Of a DNA stretch of 64,000 nt, positions 1 to 9,066 are shown one piece after another. Each line of letters opens with the position of its first letter. Positions within the stretch are counted from its first letter, which is position 1. The stretch spans positions 320,001-384,000 of the forward strand of contig CAVRUH010000001.1 of assembly GCA_963724325.1 (NCBI GenBank), given 5' to 3'. The notes under the pieces were generated by a model. It did no database searches, was not told the DNA's origin, and saw nothing but the letters and a program-made list of their open reading frames with translations. The stretch comes from Waddliaceae bacterium. Lineage in GTDB: Bacteria; Chlamydiota; Chlamydiia; Chlamydiales; Waddliaceae. A program made the translations under genes and the position numbers.

Positions 1-935
1 TCCGCCCGCAACAAATGCGGCCATGTAAAAACAAAGTTATAAGGTCCCTTGTCAACCTGCGGACAAGTGCCTCGCACAAGTTCCATGAGCCCATAAGTAC
101 GCTTGACGCCTGGAGCAAATGATTCCTTTGTGTCAGAACGCTGCACCACTCGATACGGATCGGGCATAATTTTTTCAGGAGGACGCGATAACCCGCCATC
201 TTTGCGAATTCTCCAAAAATGAACGCCAATCAACGTACCTGTCAACAAAGGCAACGCGGCAACATGCAGAACATAAAAACGAATCAAAGCATCCTGTCCT
301 ACGTTTGTGGAAGCCAAGAGCATCACGCGGTTGACATTGTATTCAAAACCTGGGAGATTCGGAGCATATCCGGCAATATTAGTACCTACAGTAATAGCCC
401 AAAAGGCAAGCTGGTCCCATGGGAGCAGATATCCAGTAAACGAAAGAATCAAGGTCAAAACCATCAAAATGACTCCCACAGCCCAGTTAAACTTTCGCAT
501 TCCTTTATATGATCCCGTATAAAATACACGAGACATATGCAAGAAGACAAAGAGGACCATCATGTGGGCGCTCCATCGATGCATATTGCGGAACATCATG
601 GCAAAAGGAGTCGTATCCTGCCAATCCTTCATAATATCAAATGCCCGATCCTCAGCAGGGATGTAATAAAACATCAAAACTACACCTGTAATCGTCAGAA
701 GAAGAAACAAACTTGCACTGATTGTTCCCAAGCCTAATGTATAAAAAGGATCAAGAGAATTCTTATGGCATTTCACTGGATGAAAATGGAGGAAAAAGTT
801 TTTAAAGACAATTTCTGAACGGTCAACATCATTATTTGGATAATTATGACGAAAAATGGAACGGACAAAATCCCTCGGAAGATTTCTTAAATGTTGTCCC
901 AAAGTAGGTTTTGGCTTCCCTTTTAGTGCAGTCAT
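1..935 (-). CDS. Cytochrome b of a Rieske/cyt b complex (b6-like domain continuing into a subunit IV-like region); runs off the left edge
   Basis: Not in the ORF track. Hand translation from ATG at 935 gives MTALKGKPKP...MHRWSAHMMVLFVFLHMSRVFYTGSYK...GYLLPWDQLAFWA...LHVAALPLLTGTLIGVHFWRIRKDGG...TWPHLL, with four heme-b His ligands. The frame is open to position 1. Confidence 0.93.
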   Translation of the reverse strand, partial: MTALKGKPKPTLGQHLRNLPRDFVRSIFRHNYPNNDVDRSEIVFKNFFLHFHPVKCHKNSLDPFYTLGLGTISASLFLLLTITGVVLMFYYIPAEDRAFDIMKDWQDTTPFAMMFRNMHRWSAHMMVLFVFLHMSRVFYTGSYKGMRKFNWAVGVILMVLTLILSFTGYLLPWDQLAFWAITVGTNIAGYAPNLPGFEYNVNRVMLLASTNVGQDALIRFYVLHVAALPLLTGTLIGVHFWRIRKDGGLSRPPEKIMPDPYRVVQRSDTKESFAPGVKRTYGLMELVRGTCPQVDKGPYNFVFTWPHLLRA

Positions 936-943
936 AATATTTC

Positions 944-1456
944 CTAAGCAACTGGCGTATACCAGGCTTCATCCCAATTTAGCGTTGTTTTATTCTTATC
1001 TACCATCAAGTCGCCCGAAGCACCTTTAAATACATGAAAAAAAACCAAGGGCAGTGGAGCCGGCCCACCTGTGTTTTTCCCATACCGATCATATGTCGAA
1101 CCATGACATGGACAGGCATAACCTGTTTCCACCATATTAACGGTGCATCCCAAATGAGTACAAACAGCCGTTTGGACTCTCACCTTTCCCGACAATGTCT
1201 CAATAAATACTTTTTGCTTCGGATTAAACACTTTGCCATCGCGCGATAGAACTTCCTCTGGTCTTCCAATCGAAAATACACTTGGAGGTATTTTCATCGC
1301 ATTCGGATAGAGAAATCCAAGTAAAGAGGCATTAAATACTCCTCCCGCTCCCAACAAACATGCGCCGGCTCCCATCAATGCTAAAAATGACCTGCGAGTA
1401 ATCCTAGGATCATTATCGTCCTTGTCGATATTCAGCGAATTCCTATATTTCGGCAT
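944..1456 (-). CDS. Rieske 2Fe-2S protein with twin-arginine signal
   Basis: CTHLGC and CPCHGS motifs; TRRSFL Tat motif followed by a hydrophobic helix; directly upstream of cytochrome b. Confidence 0.95.
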   Translation of the reverse strand: MPKYRNSLNIDKDDNDPRITRRSFLALMGAGACLLGAGGVFNASLLGFLYPNAMKIPPSVFSIGRPEEVLSRDGKVFNPKQKVFIETLSGKVRVQTAVCTHLGCTVNMVETGYACPCHGSTYDRYGKNTGGPAPLPLVFFHVFKGASGDLMVDKNKTTLNWDEAWYTPVA

Positions 1457-1594
1457 CTAATCCGTCTCCTCATTACGAAACATCTGGTACTTAACGTCCT
1501 CTGGATCCTCAAATTGTCCATTTCGCAGATAATAGATATAAATCAGCATCCCTGACAATGCAAATGAAATCGTTCCTGCTAAATACAAAATCAT
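1457..1594 (-). CDS. Small membrane protein, CcoS/FixS-like (45 aa)
   Basis: Not in the ORF track. MILYLAGTISFALSGMLIYIYYLRNGQFEDPEDVKYQMFRNEETD has one TM helix then a GQF(D/E)D motif. Its ATG overlaps the upstream TAA and its TAG abuts the Rieske ATG. Confidence 0.75.
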   Translation of the reverse strand: MILYLAGTISFALSGMLIYIYYLRNGQFEDPEDVKYQMFRNEETD

Positions 1595-3465
1595 TATCCT
1601 ATCCACCTAAAAGAGTAATTCATTGCATCCATTGTTACCGCCTGTGTAGGGCATTTTTCAGCGCAAAGTCCGCATCTAATACATAAATCTTCATTTTTTA
1701 ACATAGCTGACCCCATTAAATCCATCTCTTCTTCATTCATACTTGCTGAATCCACTCCATATAGGTTGTCAACAGCTTTTCTAAGGTTTCCTTCTCCTAA
1801 ATCGAGATTCAATTTACTAATCGGAATCAATTTTAAGCAGTTACAAGGGCATACATCGACGCATCCATTGCACTTAATGCACAATTCTCCATTAAAAACA
1901 GGGCTTACATGACACTGTAGACACCGATTTGCCTGTTGATGCGCTGCTTCTGGAGTATAATTATTCTCTACCATGTCATTATTATGGATTCGTTGACTTA
2001 CAGGAAGCATTGTAGGCAGCGCCCACTTAGTTCTAAGATATGTTTTATCTCGAATTGGTGTGATCTCTGTAAATTCTCCCACAAACTCACGATAAGGAGT
2101 CGTACCTCTAAGGTCGGCATCTATGGCTCTTGCGGCATCCTGCCCATGCCGTATGGCTGTGATAAATAACGCTGGTCCAAAGGCAGCATCCCCTCCTGCA
2201 TAAATTCCAGGCACCGATGTGCGCCCTGTTTGTCTTTCAGTTTGTATCACACCTCGATCGATTTTGAGTTTTTCCTTATTTTTCCATCCATCGAGAAAAC
2301 TTGCATCCATCCCTTGACCAATAGCTAACGCAATAGTGTCGCAAGGAATGACATATTCAGTATCAGGTATCACTTGCGGATTAAATCTTCCATTATGCTC
2401 AAAGAGCCTTAAAATGCGTTCTACGCGCAGCCCAATTACTTTTCCATCGGGACCTCGTTCTATAGCTTTCGGAGCAACTCGATTTATAATCGTGATCCCT
2501 TCTTCAATGCCGTCCTCGATTTCAAATTCATCAGCTGTCTGCTCATCTCTCGATTCCAAACAAACCATCGTAACTGTCTTAGCCTTATTTCTTACCGAGG
2601 TACGGGCAACGTCAAAAGCAACGTTTCCACCCCCGACGACAACGATATGTTCTCCTATTTTCCATTCACCATCAACGCACCTCACTGCCAAATAATCAAT
2701 ACCACGGATGATGTCCGGAGCATCCGCTCCAGGAATAGGCAAATCCCTCGATTTCCAAAGTCCAACACCCAAAAAAATGGCATCATAATTCTCTTCAAGC
2801 TCATTCAAGGTGATGTCTCGACCTACTTTTTGATTACACAAAACTCTAGCACCCAGGTGTTCAATGGCATGGCACTCATTTAAAGGAATGTCTTTCTTTA
2901 ATCGATACGGAGGCACCCCATAAATCAACATGCCTCCAGGCAAAGGCATCATTTCGTAAATATCAACAGCATAACCTAGGCGGAGCAAGTCATGTGCAAC
3001 AGCATAAGAAGCAACTCCTCCTCCTACACAGGCCACCTTCAACCCATTCGGAGTAGGTTTCGTAGAACCCCGAGAGTAACTCATTTCCAATGATTTAATA
3101 TGAGCTTCCTCATCCAACCCAAACCATTCATCCAAAAATCTCTTTTGAGCTCTGATGGTCAATGTCTTATCAACCCGATCTCGTCGACAAGATGTTTCAC
3201 ACGGCGCACCGCAAATCATCCCGCAAATAGAAGCAAAAGGATTCGGTCCCCTCGCAATTTTATACCCTTCAAGATAATTCCCTGCATGCAAGGCAATCAT
3301 GTAGGCTCTGGGGTCTGTATTGACAGGACACCCATCCCGGCAGTCAATCTGCCGAATATAATAGTCTAAATCCGGTATGACCACATCGTAAATGTCCCTA
3401 TATGCAGCTTTTACCTGTTCGTCCGACAACGCAAACTCCCCACATTTAAACTGGAAATTTACCAA
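1594..3465 (-). CDS. FAD/NAD(P)-dependent Fe-S oxidoreductase (GltD/NfnB-like) with a C-terminal 2x[4Fe-4S] domain
   Basis: N-terminal CRDGCP...CGMICGAPCETSC cluster motifs, GGGNVAFDVAR nucleotide-binding motif, RCLQC, CIKCNGCVDVCP and CIRCGLCAEKCP. Confidence 0.9.
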   Translation of the reverse strand: MVNFQFKCGEFALSDEQVKAAYRDIYDVVIPDLDYYIRQIDCRDGCPVNTDPRAYMIALHAGNYLEGYKIARGPNPFASICGMICGAPCETSCRRDRVDKTLTIRAQKRFLDEWFGLDEEAHIKSLEMSYSRGSTKPTPNGLKVACVGGGVASYAVAHDLLRLGYAVDIYEMMPLPGGMLIYGVPPYRLKKDIPLNECHAIEHLGARVLCNQKVGRDITLNELEENYDAIFLGVGLWKSRDLPIPGADAPDIIRGIDYLAVRCVDGEWKIGEHIVVVGGGNVAFDVARTSVRNKAKTVTMVCLESRDEQTADEFEIEDGIEEGITIINRVAPKAIERGPDGKVIGLRVERILRLFEHNGRFNPQVIPDTEYVIPCDTIALAIGQGMDASFLDGWKNKEKLKIDRGVIQTERQTGRTSVPGIYAGGDAAFGPALFITAIRHGQDAARAIDADLRGTTPYREFVGEFTEITPIRDKTYLRTKWALPTMLPVSQRIHNNDMVENNYTPEAAHQQANRCLQCHVSPVFNGELCIKCNGCVDVCPCNCLKLIPISKLNLDLGEGNLRKAVDNLYGVDSASMNEEEMDLMGSAMLKNEDLCIRCGLCAEKCPTQAVTMDAMNYSFRWIG

Positions 3466-3751
3466 GGTAACGGATTATTTTAAAGGTAAATTAAAAACAC
3501 AAGATATTGAATTGCTGTACAAGATAAGCTCGCTGGAATGAGTTCAATGCACTTGAATTAAAAAAAATTACTAAGTTAAATTTAAATATAAGCCATTTAT
3601 TTTCAATTAGTTAAAAATTTAAAATGCACTGTAAGACATAGATACTCTAACTTTATTAGTTAAAAAAATTATTACATATGTTATTATGAAGTTAAGTAAC
3701 AAATGTTTTAGGTCCATCATAAAAATCTAAAGCCTTCAGGGAGGTTGTACA

Positions 3752-3913
3752 ATGTCAACTCATGAGAGGAATAAAATAAAAGGTGCTACGATGATCGAGT
3801 ACGCAATCATCGTGGGTCTGATTGCTATCGCAGTCACCGCCATTGTAACCACATTGGGTAAAGATGTTAAAACATTATTTACTACAATTGACACGGCTGT
3901 AAAGGCTGCATAA
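3752..3913 (+). CDS. flp: Flp pilin 1 (53 aa)
   Basis: Not in the ORF track. MSTHERNKIKG|ATMIEYAIIVGLIAIAVTAIVTTLGKDVKTLFTTIDTAVKAA has the Flp G|xxxxEY motif; GGAGG RBS upstream. Confidence 0.93.
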   Translation: MSTHERNKIKGATMIEYAIIVGLIAIAVTAIVTTLGKDVKTLFTTIDTAVKAA

Positions 3914-4031
3914 GGAGAAATGATATATTTGTTAAAAAAAATATTTTATATGTTATATGTTATTTAGAGTCATAAATCGGCAAAAAGATTGCTGATCGAC
4001 AAATTTAGAAAATAACCATAAGGAGGTTTGT

Positions 4032-4193
4032 ATGACAAAGTATTCAAAAAATAAAATTAAGGGTGCTACAATGATCGAATATGCGATTATCGTAGGCTTG
4101 ATTGCTATTGCAGTTACTGCCATTGTGACAACATTGGGTAAAGATATTATAACACTATTTACCTCAATCGATACAACTGTAAAAGCTGCTTAA
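4032..4193 (+). CDS. flp: Flp pilin 2 (53 aa)
   Basis: Not in the ORF track. MTKYSKNKIKG|ATMIEYAIIVGLIAIAVTAIVTTLGKDIITLFTSIDTTVKAA; AGGAGG RBS. Confidence 0.93.
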   Translation: MTKYSKNKIKGATMIEYAIIVGLIAIAVTAIVTTLGKDIITLFTSIDTTVKAA

Positions 4194-4208
4194 TAGCAAA
4201 CACATACT

Positions 4209-4236
4209 TTTAAGGCCTGTCTTAACAGGCCTTAAA
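4209..4236. terminator. Hairpin after flp2, probable terminator
   Basis: TTTAAGGCCTGT-CTTA-ACAGGCCTTAAA, a perfect 12-bp stem. A degenerate copy follows flp3 at about 4452-4479. Confidence 0.6.
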
Positions 4237-4274
4237 TTAATTTAAATTATTGCTAAATAATCATGGGGATTTAT

Positions 4275-4436
4275 ATGACAAAGTATTCAAAAAATAAAAT
4301 TAAGGGTGCTACAATGATCGAATATGCGATTATCGTAGGCTTGATTGCTATTGCAGTTACTGCCATTGTGACGACATTGGGTAAAGATATTATAACACTA
4401 TTTACCACAATCGACACAACTGTAAAAGCTGCTTAA
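4275..4436 (+). CDS. flp: Flp pilin 3 (53 aa), near-identical duplicate of flp2
   Basis: Not in the ORF track. Differs from flp2 by one residue (FTTID vs FTSID). Confidence 0.93.
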   Translation: MTKYSKNKIKGATMIEYAIIVGLIAIAVTAIVTTLGKDIITLFTTIDTTVKAA

Positions 4437-4474
4437 TAGCAGAAATATACTTTTAAGGCTAGTCTTGACAAGCC

Positions 4475-5188
4475 TTAAATTATTTTTGCCAATATTAGGT
4501 AGTTTGCCATTATGGCGACAATTGTTGCCGAGCAAGCGTAGGGAACTTCTTTGTATAGGAAGTTCTCTTCATCATTTTTCTTGTTCAACAGTACATTTAG
4601 AATGTTCGTAACAATTAATAGAACCAAAGAAATGGCTAGGATGGGGATTAATAACTTGACTCCCACGCATGCGCCTATTCCCGCATTCAATTTGAAATCT
4701 CCAGGATACATTCCCTCCATACCCCGAAAATGGCGATAAATCTCATTAAACATCCAAAAGATGCCATATCCGAAAATTGCCCCTGCAATACTTTCTGAAG
4801 GGCTGATAATAATCGAAAAAAGAGAACCGATCAACCCTAGCCACACAAAAGAAAGTGTCAATTGATCGGGTAGTATTCCATATTCGTAATCAGTAAAAAA
4901 GCAACATATCAGAATGCAATTAGCAGATAATAGAAAAATAAGGGATATCTCAAGGGGAAAAATCAATGCTGAAAAACCAAAAAGAATTGCCATTAGCCAC
5001 TGGAATAAGAATATTTTTGTGGTTTTTGGAATTTTATCTTGAAAAAACCACCCTATAATATTGCGGGGCTCTCGACCCTCATCGCATCCCTCAAGAAGGA
5101 TTTCTGGGAGAAATTGAACCGTCAGCCCCATAAACCGCCCGGTAAAATATCCCAAAATCATCGCTAAAATGGTATTCAATAAAATCAT
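4475..5188 (-). CDS. Prepilin peptidase (A24 family)
   Basis: Multi-TM protein with FTDYEYGILPDQLT and GMYPGDFKL motifs carrying the two catalytic Asp; adjacent to the flp genes. Confidence 0.88.
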   Translation of the reverse strand: MILLNTILAMILGYFTGRFMGLTVQFLPEILLEGCDEGREPRNIIGWFFQDKIPKTTKIFLFQWLMAILFGFSALIFPLEISLIFLLSANCILICCFFTDYEYGILPDQLTLSFVWLGLIGSLFSIIISPSESIAGAIFGYGIFWMFNEIYRHFRGMEGMYPGDFKLNAGIGACVGVKLLIPILAISLVLLIVTNILNVLLNKKNDEENFLYKEVPYACSATIVAIMANYLILAKII

Positions 5189-5403
5189 AAACTCGATATA
5201 TCAAAATAACATTTTTTTAAGCAAGCTTGATGCTGTAGAAAATTTTAATATTTATATTATTAATGTACGTAGATTTGGAATGAGGCATAGGAGGGCTGCC
5301 TATTTTTTCTTATGCTTCCTGTGATTTTTATTTCTAGATGACCAATAAAAATTGTAAAAAAATAATGTATTTGTTATGGCTATCTTCAGGAAGATATAAA
5401 TAT

Positions 5404-5817
5404 ATGAAAAAAATTTTGGGACAGTCAATGATTGAATTTGCAATAATGCTTCCTATTTTGATATTACTCGTGACTGGGATTCTTGAATTCAGCATACTTT
5501 TTTATGACAAGGGAGTCATCAGCAGTGCAAGCAGAGAAGGTGCACGGTATGGCATTACGAAAGGCAGCTCAGGCTACCCAACGGCGGCTCAGGTAATTAC
5601 TTACACCAAGACATTTTGCAATAATAATCTCATTACTTTTAGTTCAACTGCTACTTCCCCGACGGTTACTGCTACTCCATCCCAAAGCTCTCCTGTAACG
5701 GGAAGCTCTTTAACTGTCACTATAGGTTATACGTATAAAGATCTTATCCTCCACAACCTCATAAATGAATCGCAGACATATAATTTATCTGAATCTGCAA
5801 CCATGATTTATCAATAA
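5404..5817 (+). CDS. tadE: TadE-like minor pilin
   Basis: G|QSMIEFAIMLPILILLVTGILEF...ASREGARYG. The start is moved from 5338 to the ATG at 5404 to give a short prepilin leader. Confidence 0.88.
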   Translation: MKKILGQSMIEFAIMLPILILLVTGILEFSILFYDKGVISSASREGARYGITKGSSGYPTAAQVITYTKTFCNNNLITFSSTATSPTVTATPSQSSPVTGSSLTVTIGYTYKDLILHNLINESQTYNLSESATMIYQ

Positions 5818-5826
5818 GAGAAGAAA

Positions 5827-7092
5827 ATGGACAAAAAATTAGGAAAAAAGAAAAAAGGCAGTGTGATGATACTACTAGCGATCCTTCTCCCCTCGCTTTT
5901 AGGATTTACCTCAATGGCTATCGATGTAGGAAATATCTATTTCGTTCATAATAAAATGCAAACTGCGGCGGATGCTGCAGCTTTAGCAGCAGCTACTAGT
6001 GTAAACACAATCACACCCGGAAATAATTCTAGCGCTTCTACCTTAGCACAACAGATCGCAACCAAAAATAATTTTACAAATGGCTCTAACAATACTGTAG
6101 TCACCGTCTCTATTCCCCCGGGCAATCCCTATGGGCATTCTAGTTCTTATGCCAATAATTCAAATTATGCGCGAGTCCAAATCAGCCAACCGGTCGCCCT
6201 ATTTTTTGGAGGCTTCGTGGGGATTTCTACAATGGCCGTTAGCACCAATGCCGTTGCAGGTCCAGGTTCAAGCGCTCCAGTTGTTGTTTCCTTAGCAACT
6301 TCAGGCAGTGGACTGAATATACAAGGTAGCTCCTCGATTACCGCGGTTGGAGGCACAATCAATGTGAATTCAACCAGCTCTAGTGCAATAGTACTCACTG
6401 GAACATCTACCATAACAGCAAGCCAAGTTAACGATGTCGGAGGTTTTAGCGGGTCTACAAATTATGTTCATGGGACATTAAATCAAAACTATTCTACACC
6501 TGCATCGGATCCATTTGCTAGTATCTCTACACCATCAGCGCCATATACTTGCAATTACACAAACTATAATGCCGGCGGAGTCACTGTAGCAACACTATCC
6601 CCCGGCGTCTATTGCGGCGGAATTAATATCGGGGCTAGTGCTAAAGTAACATTTAATCCAGGCTTATATATTATATATGGAGGTGGTTTCAGCGTCAGCG
6701 GCGCCGCTACAGCAACTGGTTCAGGCGTCACATTTTTTAATACAGGCACTGCCAGTGGTACATATAAATATGGCGGCATAACTGTGGCTGGTTCAGCTGC
6801 AGTAACACTTTCTGCCCCAACTTCTGGCACATACACTGGAATGTTGTTCATGCAAGCCCCCCAAAATACCGTTGCAGCATCACTTTCTGGAGCTACAAAT
6901 AGTTTTTATGAAGGAAATTTGTATTTTCCAGGCGCAGCCATAACAATTTCGGGAAGTTCAAGTTTAGCACAACCTGTTGGTATTACCGCGGCGCAAAGTA
7001 TTAATATAACCGGTGCAAGCAGTATAACATTTACCAATTCATATGGTGGAGGATCATCTGTCAGCAGCAGCGGCATTGTGTTGTATGAGTAA
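5827..7092 (+). CDS. tadG: TadG-like minor pilin/adhesin with a Ser/Thr/Gly-rich C-terminal domain
   Basis: KG|SVMILLAI...AIDVG...MQTAADAAALAAA N-terminal TadG signature. Confidence 0.85.
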   Translation: MDKKLGKKKKGSVMILLAILLPSLLGFTSMAIDVGNIYFVHNKMQTAADAAALAAATSVNTITPGNNSSASTLAQQIATKNNFTNGSNNTVVTVSIPPGNPYGHSSSYANNSNYARVQISQPVALFFGGFVGISTMAVSTNAVAGPGSSAPVVVSLATSGSGLNIQGSSSITAVGGTINVNSTSSSAIVLTGTSTITASQVNDVGGFSGSTNYVHGTLNQNYSTPASDPFASISTPSAPYTCNYTNYNAGGVTVATLSPGVYCGGINIGASAKVTFNPGLYIIYGGGFSVSGAATATGSGVTFFNTGTASGTYKYGGITVAGSAAVTLSAPTSGTYTGMLFMQAPQNTVAASLSGATNSFYEGNLYFPGAAITISGSSSLAQPVGITAAQSINITGASSITFTNSYGGGSSVSSSGIVLYE

Positions 7093-7099
7093 CGAATAC

Positions 7100-7513
7100 C
7101 TACTCATAAGTCATCATAGAGGTTGCAGTTAAAAGATCATTTTTATTAGTTGCAATCCAATTATACAGAATGAGACCGCCATAGGTATAAGAAACTTTGA
7201 CAGTAATCGTAGAGCCTTGTACTGGCGGGGTGGCAGATGTCGATACAGCAACCGTAACAGTTGAAGAACTTCCGAATGTAATCAAGAACTTGCCGCAATA
7301 GTTTTGTATAAATGTATTAACCTGAGCACTAGTCGCAAATGGGGTAGAATTGACAATCCCATATCTAGCCCCTTCCTTAGCAGCATTCGTAATTATAGCT
7401 AAATCATAATACATGACGCCGAATTCAATAATTCCGCAGATTAATATCAATAACAACGGAGTAATAAGAACAAATTCGATTAATGCTGTGCCAAAACTAG
7501 ATTTTTTTTTCAT
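7100..7513 (-). CDS. tadE: TadE-like minor pilin, second copy
   Basis: G|TALIEFVLITPLLLILICGIIEF...AAKEGARYG; paralog of 5404..5817. Confidence 0.88.
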   Translation of the reverse strand: MKKKSSFGTALIEFVLITPLLLILICGIIEFGVMYYDLAIITNAAKEGARYGIVNSTPFATSAQVNTFIQNYCGKFLITFGSSSTVTVAVSTSATPPVQGSTITVKVSYTYGGLILYNWIATNKNDLLTATSMMTYE

Positions 7514-7521
7514 TTTTTATT

Positions 7522-9066
7522 CTACCTAACCGAGTTATTGACCTGAATAAACAAAGGAGCGAACACAAAAAACAAAAAGAGCGGGAAAAATGAGAGTACA
7601 ATAATCGGAATTACTATCTGGCCAAGTGTTACAGCCTTTTTCTCAATAAGAGTCATTTTCTTTACTTGGTAACCGTTAGTCATTTGAATCACCTCGTGAA
7701 CAATCGATTCTCCGTGTGTAGGGGCAATTACCATGATTTCGCAAAAATCTATAATGGTTTGAAATGGAAGCTTTTCGGCAAAACGCTGCCAGGTAACGGA
7801 ATGCTTTTCTCCGCATTCCATCGCGAATTTGACTCTTGTCAGCTCCTGCATCAATAATCTTGGAGCCGATTCCTTAACAGAATCTTTTGCAAATTGAAGG
7901 GCCATAATTGTGTTCAAACCTGCATTTAGACCAATTACAAAGACCCGAAGCACATCGGGAAAAGTTTCTACCGTTCTGACCAATTGATCTTCTACAAGTC
8001 CCTTTAATACGTATATTGCAAGCTTATAAGCGATTATTCCTCCCACCAAATATCCAACTATAAGAGCCCCCATGCTTGTTGCATACAGGGAAAAAACGTA
8101 GGTCATGGCAAAACCGCCAAAAATCGGCATGCAATGATAGAGATTCTTTTTCCATGGACTCCAGTCAAATCCAGAATAATCCATTAGATCATCTACGGTC
8201 AATTTTTTACCTTCAAGAAAGTGCTGGGTAAAGCTTCTCAAAGCAAATGTCTTAGCAAATTCCATCCCGGTGATGCGTGACATGACAAATATTCCGACTG
8301 CTGCCCATACAATCAAAAATATAAAATAGGGTTTTAATTGAGGAGAAAATAATTTTGTAATTTGATCTCGAAGCATCAAAGAGAGTGCCAGAAAAATAAA
8401 GACGAACATGCCTATGGACATTCGAGCATAACTACTGCCTGCAGCTAAAATTGTCCGAATTTTTTCTTCCGATTCCTCTTTGACAGTCAAGGCTTCGGCA
8501 ATTTTCTTTAAAAGCGGACTGATGCCTACGCCAAGATCATGATATTCTTCTAAAAGCGATATCATGTAACTTAGGCCAGTATTAGGAAAACGTTCATCCA
8601 AACGACGCAATAGTCCTCCAAGCTCAATTCCTAAGGCATTTTTTATCATAAGTTCATTAAAAGCAATTTTAATTTTTCCTTTAAGATAATATGCAGACTG
8701 CTCAAAAGCTTGCTCAAGGGTCATTCCAACTGATAGTCCATTAGCAAGAGCATCGGCAAAAAATGGGATGGAGTGGGCAGTTACTAATCTTTCTTTTTCA
8801 GTTATTTTTAGACGCCAATTATAAAAGTAATAAACAGGAGGAAAATAGACAAGAACCATCCAATATTCAAAATTTACTCCTGCAACAGCTGCCAAAAATA
8901 GAAAATAGGCAAAAACGCAATTTATATATGTCCATGAAACATTAATCTGCGGATCCATAAGATAATCATTCACCATGCCGCCAATTAATGATGCTTCAGT
9001 CACTTTTTTAACACCCATTGCCTTTGATCTAAGCGACTTGTGCTTTTTTAACGACAGGGTTTTCAT
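7522..9066 (-). CDS. Fused TadB-TadC inner-membrane platform protein
   Basis: 514 aa with two T2SSF-like repeats (IPFFADALANGLSVGMTLEQAF and FPDVLRVFVIGLNAGLN); overlaps the tadA stop. Confidence 0.8.
   Translation of the reverse strand: MKTLSLKKHKSLRSKAMGVKKVTEASLIGGMVNDYLMDPQINVSWTYINCVFAYFLFLAAVAGVNFEYWMVLVYFPPVYYFYNWRLKITEKERLVTAHSIPFFADALANGLSVGMTLEQAFEQSAYYLKGKIKIAFNELMIKNALGIELGGLLRRLDERFPNTGLSYMISLLEEYHDLGVGISPLLKKIAEALTVKEESEEKIRTILAAGSSYARMSIGMFVFIFLALSLMLRDQITKLFSPQLKPYFIFLIVWAAVGIFVMSRITGMEFAKTFALRSFTQHFLEGKKLTVDDLMDYSGFDWSPWKKNLYHCMPIFGGFAMTYVFSLYATSMGALIVGYLVGGIIAYKLAIYVLKGLVEDQLVRTVETFPDVLRVFVIGLNAGLNTIMALQFAKDSVKESAPRLLMQELTRVKFAMECGEKHSVTWQRFAEKLPFQTIIDFCEIMVIAPTHGESIVHEVIQMTNGYQVKKMTLIEKKAVTLGQIVIPIIVLSFFPLFLFFVFAPLFIQVNNSVR

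Noticed and set aside
219..737. Plus-strand ORFs at the window start, and the many other antisense ORFs nested in large genes
   Set aside because: They are shadows of well-supported genes on the opposite strand, here cytochrome b.
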